From a virus (lineage: Duplodnaviria; Caudoviricetes), in IMG/VR virus record IMGVR_UViG_3300045970_000272, positions 1 through 50,884 of that record: a stretch of DNA of 50,884 nucleotides. One strand, given 5' to 3'. The position numbers were made by a program, and so were the translations under genes. The notes beneath the pieces are model-generated. The model ran no database searches and was not told where the DNA came from. It was given only the letters and a program-made list of their open reading frames with translations. Below, piece after piece: positions 9,737-18,623 of this stretch (positions are counted from its first letter, which is position 1; the number at the start of each line of letters is the position of its first letter).

Positions 9737-9936
9737 GTTACGACGTAAACAAGCTCCGCGCGTTGCGCGACAACATAGACGGGTATCTGTCTCAAGCCAA
9801 CAAGGACGACGCCCACATCTACGAGGCGTTGGAGCAGTCCATCAGCCAGTCGGTAGCGCAGGCGATGAAGCCTTTGGTGGATGAGTTCGGCAAGCACGTC
9901 GACCGTCTTATCGAAGCTAATAAAACAAGTAAATAG
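9733..9936 (+). CDS. Helical protein, paralogue of the N-terminus of 5892..6638
   Basis: MSYDVNKLRALRDNI versus MPFDRKKLIALRNNV; ATGA overlap start inside ORF 9610..9936. Confidence 0.6.
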   Translation: MSYDVNKLRALRDNIDGYLSQANKDDAHIYEALEQSISQSVAQAMKPLVDEFGKHVDRLIEANKTSK

Positions 9937-9937
9937 T

Positions 9938-9966
9938 TTGACACGCCCATCGGCGTGTGTTACAAA
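9938..9966 (+). promoter_or_regulatory. Sigma70-like promoter with a palindrome across the -35 and spacer
   Basis: TTGACA-17 bp-TACAAA, TG extension; ACACGCC-CATC-GGCGTGT at 9941..9958. Confidence 0.55.
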
Positions 9967-9981
9967 TAATTAAAGAGAGAA

Positions 9982-10014
9982 CCTCACAGCCGTTTGGCGT
10001 GGGGCTTTTTGTTT
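9982..10014 (+). terminator. Intrinsic terminator
   Basis: CCTCAC(A)GCC-GTTT-GGCGTGGGG followed by CTTTTTGTTT. Confidence 0.6.
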
Positions 10015-10028
10015 ATAAGGAGGCTTTT

Positions 10029-10286
10029 ATGAAACAACCCAAAACTCCCGCTCAGATCCAGGGTCCCGAGTTAATCACCGACCGACCCGATAAATATCAG
10101 GTAAAGGTTGACCCCAATTCGTCCGTGTCCGCGCCAAGTCAGGACAGTGAGTGGTCTGAGAAGGTACCCGTTGACCTCAACTACGCCTTCGTCCCAACTG
10201 AGTTAACTCAAAAAGACAAGGAATCACCAGACAACCTCCAGAAAACGTTGGATACAACGATGGAGCGGTTTGGTCTTAAATATTAA
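10029..10286 (+). CDS. Hypothetical protein (head module)
   Basis: ATG at 10029 follows AAGGAGG within ORF 9957..10286. Confidence 0.65.
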   Translation: MKQPKTPAQIQGPELITDRPDKYQVKVDPNSSVSAPSQDSEWSEKVPVDLNYAFVPTELTQKDKESPDNLQKTLDTTMERFGLKY

Positions 10287-10300
10287 ATAGGAGAACTTTT

Positions 10301-10528
10301 ATGGATGCTGTAGCACAACAGAACGACAAAGCCATGAGTGCCGCCGAGGAAGCATTATGCTGCGAAACCTCAAGCGGTGAGGGTGGTCATTTTATTTCCA
10401 AATCGTCCTATCGTGGCGATATGCACGTTGGCGTACCCGCGACCGCTTCGGTTGTCGGCAACCAACCTGAACAAAGCTCATCTGATATTAACTTTACTGG
10501 GAAACCAGCAATACCAGGTGGAGAGTAA
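10301..10528 (+). CDS. Hypothetical protein (head module)
   Basis: 75-aa ORF; SD AGGAG. Confidence 0.6.
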   Translation: MDAVAQQNDKAMSAAEEALCCETSSGEGGHFISKSSYRGDMHVGVPATASVVGNQPEQSSSDINFTGKPAIPGGE

Positions 10529-10630
10529 TTTAACAATCCTATCGAACTGAACCCCATCGAGTCACGATCGTAATCGTTGTAGGGGCGAGGAGAGACGAAC
10601 CATTCGCGTTAAGAATGATAAGGAGGCAGT

Positions 10631-11401
10631 ATGGCAGACACGCCAGAGGTCAATGATCAACTGACCAACGCATCGCCAGCGGGAACAAGTGATCCAGAGA
10701 ATCATGATGATTCTGGAAATAGCGTAACTGAGAATTCGACCACTCAGCCAGACCAAAACGACTCTGTCGGAAGCGCAGCTCAAAGTCGCATCCGTAAGCT
10801 GTCCGCTACTGTAAAGCAAGCGGCACAGGAGGCTTCTTACTGGCGAGATGTCGCACGTAGGTATGCCGAAGCTGATAGAAATGCGATAGCGAGTGGTACG
10901 ACCGCTCCTGCTAACCGCGCGCCTCAAAACGCACCTGGTTATCAGACAGAGGAAGTACAACGGGCGTTCAGTACATTAAAAGCCGAGGGCATGGCAACCC
11001 AGGATGACCTAAAGGAAGCTCTTTTGAGAGTCCAATGGGATCGTCAGCACGATAGAAACGAGAACGATATCAACAAGAGAGGTTCTAATATGCCGCACTA
11101 CGACCGCGAGGAAGTGGAGCAGTATGCTAGAAGTCGAAGTATCCCCGACCCAATGGTCGCGTACCGAGAACTCTACTTTGATGAGATCGTTGACGCAGCT
11201 CGTCGTGGTGACGTCAAACCTCAGGGTAGTCGAATCACAACCCAGAAGCCGACCAAAGCTCCAGATGTAAGTCGAGAGCCGATGTCAGTCGAGTCATTTC
11301 GATCAAAGCTTGCTGGTCCAGAGGGGAAGGCATTTTACGATAAGTTAATGCAAAATCCCGCGGAGTTCGACAGGCTCATGCGAACTTGGAACGACGAATA
11401 G
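10631..11401 (+). CDS. Capsid scaffolding protein
   Basis: Acidic disordered N-terminus, AQSRIRKL helix, directly upstream of the major capsid gene; SD AAGGAGG. Confidence 0.75.
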   Translation: MADTPEVNDQLTNASPAGTSDPENHDDSGNSVTENSTTQPDQNDSVGSAAQSRIRKLSATVKQAAQEASYWRDVARRYAEADRNAIASGTTAPANRAPQNAPGYQTEEVQRAFSTLKAEGMATQDDLKEALLRVQWDRQHDRNENDINKRGSNMPHYDREEVEQYARSRSIPDPMVAYRELYFDEIVDAARRGDVKPQGSRITTQKPTKAPDVSREPMSVESFRSKLAGPEGKAFYDKLMQNPAEFDRLMRTWNDE

Positions 11402-11462
11402 CCTTGCTGAAGAGTTTAATAAATTAGTGACATACCAAGACGCTTAACAGCGCAAGGAAGAT

Positions 11463-12323
11463 ATGGCAAATTTTACAACCACAACTTCTGCGGTGTTCAT
11501 CCCTGAGGTATGGTCTGTTGAAACTTTGCGAGCAGCCGAACGATCACTCGTTATGGCTCCTCTCGTAAAGCGGTATGACTCGTTGGTCAAACAACGCGGC
11601 GATACCATTCACATTCCACACATCTCGAACTTGACCGCCAACGATAAAACTCAGAACAACGAAGTCACCCTTCAAACGGTGAGTGAGACTGAGACAACCA
11701 TTTCCATCAACAAGTGGAAAGAGGTTTCATTTGAGATTGAAGACATCGTCAAGGTGCAATCTCAGTACGATTTACGAAGTGAATACACCGCCAAGGCTGG
11801 TTATGCTATCGCTCAACGAGTAGATAGTGACCTTTTGGCTTTGTACGCTTCCCTCGCTTCAACTGACGTTGGAACCTATGGTTCTGACATCACTGATGCA
11901 ACAATCGTAGCTGGGCTGCAGGCTCTTGATGAGGTCGACGCTCCTTTGGAAGATCGTTACTTCGTAATCGCTCCTTCTCAAAAAGCTGCGATCATGAAGC
12001 TCGACAAGTTCGTCAAAGCTGACTTCTTAGGTCAGTATGACCAACCAACTCCAGTCAAGCGTGGTCCCAACTCAAGATATTTATGGGGTGATATTTATGG
12101 AATCCCAACCTACTACACCAACCAGGTTCCAACCACGGCGGGTACTCCCCTCCAAACCCATAACATCTTATTCCACAAAGAAGCATTCGCTCTTGCGATG
12201 CAATTGAGTCCACGTACTCAAGCTTCTTATTGGCAGAAAGATTTGTCTTGGCTAATCACGGCAGACACTTTATATGGCGTAGCTGTTATCCGCGATACCT
12301 TTGGTGTCGAGGTAAGAAGCTAA
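11463..12323 (+). CDS. Major capsid protein (HK97 fold, P22/N4-like)
   Basis: FIPEVWS, GDTIHIP, YAIAQRVDSDL, DRYFVIAP, GDIYGIPTY, DTLYGVAVIR motifs. Confidence 0.9.
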   Translation: MANFTTTTSAVFIPEVWSVETLRAAERSLVMAPLVKRYDSLVKQRGDTIHIPHISNLTANDKTQNNEVTLQTVSETETTISINKWKEVSFEIEDIVKVQSQYDLRSEYTAKAGYAIAQRVDSDLLALYASLASTDVGTYGSDITDATIVAGLQALDEVDAPLEDRYFVIAPSQKAAIMKLDKFVKADFLGQYDQPTPVKRGPNSRYLWGDIYGIPTYYTNQVPTTAGTPLQTHNILFHKEAFALAMQLSPRTQASYWQKDLSWLITADTLYGVAVIRDTFGVEVRS

Positions 12324-12337
12324 CGAAAGGTCAACTC

Positions 12338-12364
12338 GGTGGGGGGGGCTGTCCTCCCCCCACC
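12338..12364 (+). other. GC-rich hairpin downstream of the major capsid gene
   Basis: GGTGGGGGGGG-CTGT-CCTCCCCCCACC. Confidence 0.5.
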
Positions 12365-12390
12365 ACCCGACCTCTATTTGAAAGGACAAC

Positions 12391-12591
12391 ATGGTTACTG
12401 ATCAGGAATACAACCAAGGCGGATACGCCAAGGTAGGCGTAAAGAGAGAATACTTAGAAGAAGTGAAAACTCGCACCACCGATGACTCAGGAAAGGTCTA
12501 TCGGGGTGAAGCTGGCAAACAGCTACTCAGGCGCAAGCTTGAAAGACAAGCCTATTATGATAGAAACAACAAGCAGTCAAACGACCATTAA
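12391..12591 (+). CDS. Hypothetical protein
   Basis: 66 aa; SD AAAGGA. Confidence 0.6.
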   Translation: MVTDQEYNQGGYAKVGVKREYLEEVKTRTTDDSGKVYRGEAGKQLLRRKLERQAYYDRNNKQSNDH

Positions 12592-13204
12592 GATTGTTGC
12601 AGGACTCCCTACGAGGGGGTTTATCTTTGCGCAGTCACTCATCTCCCTCCAGAGAAATGGCGTCACCGACGTTTGTTATGTCACAGGATTAACCATTCCC
12701 GACTGTCACAACGAAGCTACTAAGCAAGCCCTCGCAAAGGGCGCAACGCACGTTCTCTTGTACGAAGAGGACATGGAAATGCCCGATGGCACGATCGAGA
12801 AGATGCTCGAGGTCAACGGGAACATTGTCGTGGTGGACTACGCCATCGGCGATCAAGGTAAATGGCACTGCACTTACAAGAAGGACGGCAAGATCCTCTT
12901 TGGAGGCACAGGCTGTATGCTCGTGCGCCGAGAGGTGTTTGAGCGTATGCCGTACCCGTGGTTTGAGAACGACAAGACGTTCGACATCAAGACCTGGGAA
13001 CCGCTCGATGTTCAGTGCGAGTACGGCGGACAAGACGTATATTTCTGTTACAAGGCGCGCAAGATGGGCATTGAAATCCAGGAAGTACCCGACTGGCACT
13101 GCAAACATTGGAGGTGCAAGAACCTCGAGCGAGTCAACTCCAACGACGGACGGTACACCTTCTTTGAAATCGATTATGTAGACGTAAAGCAAGTAGGAAA
13201 GTAG
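12557..13204 (+). CDS. Glycosyltransferase, GT-A/GT2-like
   Basis: IVAGLPTRG, CHNEATKQALAKGATHVLLYEEDM (DxD-like), GTGCMLVRREVFERMPYPWF, GQDVYFCYKARKMG. Start 12557 chosen within ORF 12482..13204. Confidence 0.8.
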   Translation: MIETTSSQTTIKIVAGLPTRGFIFAQSLISLQRNGVTDVCYVTGLTIPDCHNEATKQALAKGATHVLLYEEDMEMPDGTIEKMLEVNGNIVVVDYAIGDQGKWHCTYKKDGKILFGGTGCMLVRREVFERMPYPWFENDKTFDIKTWEPLDVQCEYGGQDVYFCYKARKMGIEIQEVPDWHCKHWRCKNLERVNSNDGRYTFFEIDYVDVKQVGK

Positions 13205-13211
13205 GAAAATC

Positions 13212-13649
13212 ATGCCATTACCATCACCTCAAGTGTTACAAATGCGCCAACAAGCCATGACTGCTCCAAAGACGAGCGGTGGTGGGCTGCTTACCGACGA
13301 GGAAGTGCAACGAATCGTCCAAGAAGAGATGCAGGCGGCAGGAATTGACCCCAGAAAGCAGGCTGAGGACGCGCTGCGTGCGCAGATCCGCCAACAACTC
13401 GCCAAACAGCGCGGTGGTGCAAAACCGATGGGCAACGCACAGGGATCAAACCCCATGCAACCTGGTCAACCACCTAGAATGCAGGCTCAATCTCCCCAAC
13501 CCTTGAATGCTGGTAGGACTGTTCCACCCCGACCAGGTATCCCAACCCCCCGACCCAACGCAGGACTTGACGACTTTATGGCTAAGTTCGGCGGAATGAA
13601 CGGCACACCCTCGCCCAGAATACCAAGTGGAACATTTAATAATAAATAG
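13212..13649 (+). CDS. Q/P/G-rich disordered protein
   Basis: 145-aa ORF with SD; low complexity. Confidence 0.6.
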   Translation: MPLPSPQVLQMRQQAMTAPKTSGGGLLTDEEVQRIVQEEMQAAGIDPRKQAEDALRAQIRQQLAKQRGGAKPMGNAQGSNPMQPGQPPRMQAQSPQPLNAGRTVPPRPGIPTPRPNAGLDDFMAKFGGMNGTPSPRIPSGTFNNK

Positions 13650-13657
13650 GAGGTCTT

Positions 13658-13936
13658 ATGGCAATCGTTGGAAAGACAGTAGAGAGCATCGCCCTTGCTT
13701 TCACCACCAGTGCTTCCGCTCAAGCTAACTTCAAAACAGCCACGGCGGGTTTAATTAGAGCGTGCGTGTTGGCGACAGACGCAGACGTTTACATCAACTT
13801 TGATGCTGCTGCGGACGACACCAATTTCATTCTGCAACCAGGAGTTCCGTTGCACATTCACGACATACAATTTACTACATTAGCCGTCAAAGGCGTTAAT
13901 GATGCTGGCACCATGTACGTGCTGGCAATGAGATAA
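13658..13936 (+). CDS. Small beta-sandwich virion protein (spike-base/decoration-like)
   Basis: 92 aa, all-beta pattern (DVYINF, ILQPG); SD AGGAGG. Confidence 0.55.
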   Translation: MAIVGKTVESIALAFTTSASAQANFKTATAGLIRACVLATDADVYINFDAAADDTNFILQPGVPLHIHDIQFTTLAVKGVNDAGTMYVLAMR

Positions 13937-13946
13937 GGAGAACAAT

Positions 13947-14273
13947 ATGCCAGGTTTCTATCCAATTGGAGCTGTAGATTTCAACTCCAGCACAACCACC
14001 GCCGATGCCACGACTGGCATGACCGTCAAAGCTGGGGTGGCAAATAAAGTCATCTACGTCACCGACATGATGATTAGCACCGACACCGCGATGGACATTG
14101 AATTGCACGACACAGACAACACCGTTATTTTTGAGCATATGTACTTCCCCTCGAAGAGCATCTGGTCAAAGACGTGGTCAACTCCAATCGCCATCACACT
14201 CGGTAAAGGTTTGAAAGTCGTGTCCTCGGTCGCAGGCAACGTCACCTCAACAATTACTGGGTTTACCAAGTAG
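13947..14273 (+). CDS. Small beta-sandwich virion protein, paralogue A
   Basis: Aligns end to end with 14283..14603. Confidence 0.6.
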   Translation: MPGFYPIGAVDFNSSTTTADATTGMTVKAGVANKVIYVTDMMISTDTAMDIELHDTDNTVIFEHMYFPSKSIWSKTWSTPIAITLGKGLKVVSSVAGNVTSTITGFTK

Positions 14274-14282
14274 GAGTAAATT

Positions 14283-14603
14283 ATGCCCGACATTCCAGAG
14301 GGGGCGACCCCATTCAGTGATGTTGTAACCACAGCAGACGCTACGAGCGGGGTGGTTCTCAAAGCTGGCGAAGTGGGTAAGCAAATCTTTATTACCGATT
14401 TGGTGATGGAAGATTCCGACAAGGACGGTCTGGTGTTGCGCGACGACACGGGGGACATTGTTTACAAGATGTTCTTCCCAGCCACGCAAACCTGGCAGAA
14501 TACTTGGGAGTTTCCAATCACGGTGGCGATCGATTCAGGTGTCAGGTTGTTTTCTGATAATGTAAACAATATGTCAATTACAATTAGCGGTTATGTCATC
14601 TAG
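14283..14603 (+). CDS. Small beta-sandwich virion protein, paralogue B
   Basis: TTADATSGVVLKAG...IFITDL versus TTADATTGMTVKAG...IYVTDM. Confidence 0.6.
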   Translation: MPDIPEGATPFSDVVTTADATSGVVLKAGEVGKQIFITDLVMEDSDKDGLVLRDDTGDIVYKMFFPATQTWQNTWEFPITVAIDSGVRLFSDNVNNMSITISGYVI

Positions 14604-14611
14604 GGGGTTCT

Positions 14612-17600
14612 ATGCTATCTGGTTGGACTAAATACCTTCAAGTAAAAATCCCCGCATCAAAAGTAACCGCCGTGCTGACGGACTTCCCTGTTTACGTGGA
14701 CGTTTCCACTCTTCCCTGGGCGTTCTCCGCAGGCATTAACCAGGTAGATGGGCGCGACATCCGCGTCACTCTTGCCGATGGTACGACCGAAGTACCTCGA
14801 GAACTGGTCGCCATGAACCCAGCAGGTCGCACGGGCGCGATCTACTTCAAAGCAACCTTAAGCAACGTCACCGACAACATCTTCCAAATCCAGTACGGCA
14901 ACGCCGCCGCCACCGAGCCTGCCAAGACCGCTACTTACGGGTCAGGCAACGTTTGGAACACCAGCTACCAGGCGGTTTACCATTTTGGTGATTTGGCAAT
15001 TCCAACCCTTTCAACTAGCTTTAGTGATAATTTCACCGCTCCCAACGGAACTTACCTAATCAATTACAACTCGTCAGTCTACGTTCTCGACCCATTTGGG
15101 ACTCAATACTTAATCATTCAATCCAACCGAATCAATCGTGGTGGAAGTGCCTCATGCAACCACGTTATTAAGCACGACCCTGGCGTAAATGACTACTACT
15201 ATGAGGGTCAGGTTTCGATGGGCGATGTTGACACTACCGCCTCAATTCAGCTTTTCATTCGTAGTAACTCAGCCACCACCTATTCTACCCAAGCGTATGG
15301 AGGTATCTGGGACTGGTTGAACCGCACGGTCAAACTTTACAGAAACGGCGTCCAGATTGGCGCGACGTACTCTTACACCGCTGGAACCACAGGAGTCATC
15401 GGATTCACCTACACCTACAAGGTGGAGGCTTTGGGGAATGAAATCAAAGTCTATATTGATGGAGTAGTGGTTTGCTCTTACACAGATCCCTCTCCTCTTA
15501 CGGGTCGATACGGCGGAATCAACTTCGCTGGTCGATTGAACTCGGGCGGGTCATTTGACAACTTCGTCATTGGTAAATACTCGTCCTCCACCACCACCAC
15601 AACCGATAGTACCAAGAACAACCGTAACGCCACCGCGTACGGCGCATTGATCGCTGGTCAAAGCGTAACGGGCAAGATGGATAAGGCTCTCAGTCTTGAC
15701 GGCATAAACGACGCATTGACTGTCCCCTGGGGCGGAGTCAACGGCGCGGTAACCGTGCAAGGGTGGGTTAGAACTCGCACCGTAACTGGGGCGCGCACCT
15801 TCATCGACATGGGGTCAGACAGTGATCCCGTAGGTTCAGGCGGCTGGGGTTTGAGTATGTACCAAAACCCTACCAACTGGGGTGGGTCAATCATCGCAGA
15901 ACCTCCCACAACTCAATTCGGCGTAACGGGTTCGGTTGTCACCATGAACACCTGGAAACTGCTCCACACCACCTGGGTATCAGGCTCCCTCAAATACTTC
16001 GAGGACGGCGCGCAGGTTGGATCAACAGTCACCACCGTGGGGACTATCCGCAAGAGTGCAACCGTGTCCTCAATGGGAGGGTTCTACAACAAGCCTACTT
16101 TCTCAAACTTTGTGGACGGTTTAATTGACGAGGTGCGCTACGTTAGCACCAACTTGTCTACCAACTGGATCGCTGCAGAGTATTCCAACCAAAACTCTCC
16201 CAGCACCTTTTACGAGGCAACCTTCCCCGAGTACAAACTGACTGACTATTCTGGTAACACCAACACGCTGAGTGCTGCAAACGCAGGAGATGGGTCGGTA
16301 GTGCTGTACACCAACAACTTCTCGTCCACAGGATTGGGCGCAGACTGGACGGTCAACGCGGGCGTACTCTCATTGTCTGGTGGCTATCTGACCAACACCG
16401 ACGCAGGTGCAAACGCCCTGTTCTATTACAACCCATCAATGGGAAGTGCCAACCAATCAATCGAGGCGGTACTCAACCCGACCACGGGCGATGGGTTCTT
16501 GCAGTTCGTCTTGAGGGCATCTGGAATAGACACATTGCGCGCAGCCGAAGGCTATTACGCTTACGCTCAATACAACGGAGGGGTGTCGTACACCTTCCAA
16601 ATCTTAGAGAACCACGGCGGGACACTCAACACGGTGCTTGCCTCAGTTACCCAAAACTCAACCGTCCCTGTGACGGTAAAGTTCACAGCCGTAGGCTCCC
16701 TCTTAACTCTGTATGTAAACGGAGTGTCTACTTTGACTGCAACCAACGCCGACATCACTCAGATCGGCACGGTCGTCGTAAGATTAGGATACAACGGCAA
16801 CCAGATGGACGACCTCACAGTCAAGAAGTTCGTCACCAGAAACTCCACCCAACCATCATCGTTAGTGCCTTATTCTGGATTAGACTTCTCTACCCAGCTT
16901 GCAACCTCTCCCTCTTACCTATCAGCCCTGGACAGCGCGTCGCTCTCCATTACTGGTCCAATCACTCTCGAGGGCTGGTTCTACATCAACACCCTCCCCT
17001 CCGAGGTTTCCCACCGCGTAGTGTTGGCGTCAAAGACGTCCACAACCGCCGCAGGACTGTCCTACTACTGGATTATCGAGCCAAACAACCCAAGCAATCC
17101 GATGTGGTTCTACTATTGGGACGCCTCAAGCAACTCGAGTAATTGGCACGCAACCTCATGGGTTCCCACCAAGAATGTGTGGACTCACCTCGCCGTGGTG
17201 TGCGACACGCCAACCGCTACTGCAACTTTCTACGTCAATGGCTCGCCAATCGCCACCACCAGGGACAACCCATCTGCAACGTCAATTAACAACTCTGCCG
17301 ATGAATTATGGTTTGGAGCGGGTGACGCATCTACTCAATTAGACGCATACATCGCTGAATTACGCTTATGGAACAAGGCTCGAAGTGCGGCTCAAATCGC
17401 CTACTACTACAACCGCCGTATCGCTAACACCACCCCAGGCTTGGCTGCGTACTATCCATTCTCGAACGGCACGGTTCCCGCCAATCCTGTTCCTACCACC
17501 ACGCTCAATTCACCGTTTAGTGGGGCGTTAATCCCAGGCAACATCGTCCCACCGCTCATCTTTACAGGCGTCACGCTCGGTGAAGAGGACATCACCTACC

Positions 17601-17893
17601 GACTCCAACTAGATGTGGTCAACACCTTCGACGGAACAGGTTTGGTCGATGTTTACTCCGCCACCAACCCAGGGTTCTCGGCAACCGCCGACACCGACCC
17701 ATTCAGCACAGGCAATCAGGTCACGTACACAATCCAAACCGCCCTGCTTCCCTCCACCACCTACTACTGGCGCGTGATGGGCAAGAACACTGGCACGGGT
17801 GCATGGGGATCATGGACTGCTGCAAACAGCTTTATAACAGGCGTCGCTGGCGGAGACTTCCGCGTATTTGGCGATGAAGGATTAGTAGCATAG
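14612..17893 (+). CDS. DUF2341-like plus multiple LamG/ConA lectin domains; adhesin/fibre
   Basis: N-terminal LTDFPVYV...DGRDIRVT...IQYGN; LamG motifs ALSLDGIND, GLIDEVR, ITLEGWF, WTHLAVV, IAELRLWN; C-terminal TTYYWRV FN3-like. Confidence 0.8.
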   Translation: MLSGWTKYLQVKIPASKVTAVLTDFPVYVDVSTLPWAFSAGINQVDGRDIRVTLADGTTEVPRELVAMNPAGRTGAIYFKATLSNVTDNIFQIQYGNAAATEPAKTATYGSGNVWNTSYQAVYHFGDLAIPTLSTSFSDNFTAPNGTYLINYNSSVYVLDPFGTQYLIIQSNRINRGGSASCNHVIKHDPGVNDYYYEGQVSMGDVDTTASIQLFIRSNSATTYSTQAYGGIWDWLNRTVKLYRNGVQIGATYSYTAGTTGVIGFTYTYKVEALGNEIKVYIDGVVVCSYTDPSPLTGRYGGINFAGRLNSGGSFDNFVIGKYSSSTTTTTDSTKNNRNATAYGALIAGQSVTGKMDKALSLDGINDALTVPWGGVNGAVTVQGWVRTRTVTGARTFIDMGSDSDPVGSGGWGLSMYQNPTNWGGSIIAEPPTTQFGVTGSVVTMNTWKLLHTTWVSGSLKYFEDGAQVGSTVTTVGTIRKSATVSSMGGFYNKPTFSNFVDGLIDEVRYVSTNLSTNWIAAEYSNQNSPSTFYEATFPEYKLTDYSGNTNTLSAANAGDGSVVLYTNNFSSTGLGADWTVNAGVLSLSGGYLTNTDAGANALFYYNPSMGSANQSIEAVLNPTTGDGFLQFVLRASGIDTLRAAEGYYAYAQYNGGVSYTFQILENHGGTLNTVLASVTQNSTVPVTVKFTAVGSLLTLYVNGVSTLTATNADITQIGTVVVRLGYNGNQMDDLTVKKFVTRNSTQPSSLVPYSGLDFSTQLATSPSYLSALDSASLSITGPITLEGWFYINTLPSEVSHRVVLASKTSTTAAGLSYYWIIEPNNPSNPMWFYYWDASSNSSNWHATSWVPTKNVWTHLAVVCDTPTATATFYVNGSPIATTRDNPSATSINNSADELWFGAGDASTQLDAYIAELRLWNKARSAAQIAYYYNRRIANTTPGLAAYYPFSNGTVPANPVPTTTLNSPFSGALIPGNIVPPLIFTGVTLGEEDITYRLQLDVVNTFDGTGLVDVYSATNPGFSATADTDPFSTGNQVTYTIQTALLPSTTYYWRVMGKNTGTGAWGSWTAANSFITGVAGGDFRVFGDEGLVA

Positions 17894-17902
17894 GAGACAA
17901 TT

Positions 17903-18622
17903 ATGGCGAAAGACTTGGCTTACTTACGAGCGCAAACACGAACCTATCTCGATGAGGCGGCGTCCGCTGACTGGTCAGACGGAGAGGTTGACCGTGAGAT
18001 AAATGCTGGTTACCAGGAAGTCGTCACCGCCGTGATAGGCGCGTACGAGGACTTTTACGTGACCTCCGCACTGTTCAACACCGTCGCCAATAAACAGGAA
18101 TATGGTCCAACTGACGGTTTACCCGCCAAGGTGTACAAGTTCCGTCGAGTGGAACTCAACTACTCGCCCTCTCAATCCACCCGCATGATTAAGGTGCGCG
18201 CCACTACCATCGACCACGTTATGAGCGACCTCGGCAACTCCGTGTTCTCAATCAACATGAGAAATGAACCTGTCTACTACGTTTTGGGCGGCGGTTCACC
18301 CGACTACAAGATCGGCTTCCTACCCATTCCAATCGAGTCTGGAACTAACGTCGGCAAGATTTGGTATGTGCAGGAAGTGGACGAGCTGGTGGACTCCACC
18401 GACACGGTAAACATTCCCTACCCAGACCGATTTGCACCCCTCATCAGCAGGTACGCTGCATCGGTGCTTTTGAACAAAGGTCAGCAAGAGGACAAGTCTG
18501 CGCTCACGTATATGCAGTTATTTCAAACAGGGTTACTCAAGATGGAACAACAATTACGGGATAGAACCGCTGACGGCGCACGCACAGTCGTGGACACCGT
18601 CGGCGCGGATTTAATGTTCTAA
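17903..18622 (+). CDS. Head-to-tail adaptor protein
   Basis: LRAQTRTYLDE...WSDGEVDREINAG; IPYPDRF...YAA; typical position before the nozzle gene. Confidence 0.7.
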   Translation: MAKDLAYLRAQTRTYLDEAASADWSDGEVDREINAGYQEVVTAVIGAYEDFYVTSALFNTVANKQEYGPTDGLPAKVYKFRRVELNYSPSQSTRMIKVRATTIDHVMSDLGNSVFSINMRNEPVYYVLGGGSPDYKIGFLPIPIESGTNVGKIWYVQEVDELVDSTDTVNIPYPDRFAPLISRYAASVLLNKGQQEDKSALTYMQLFQTGLLKMEQQLRDRTADGARTVVDTVGADLMF

Positions 18623-18623
18623 T

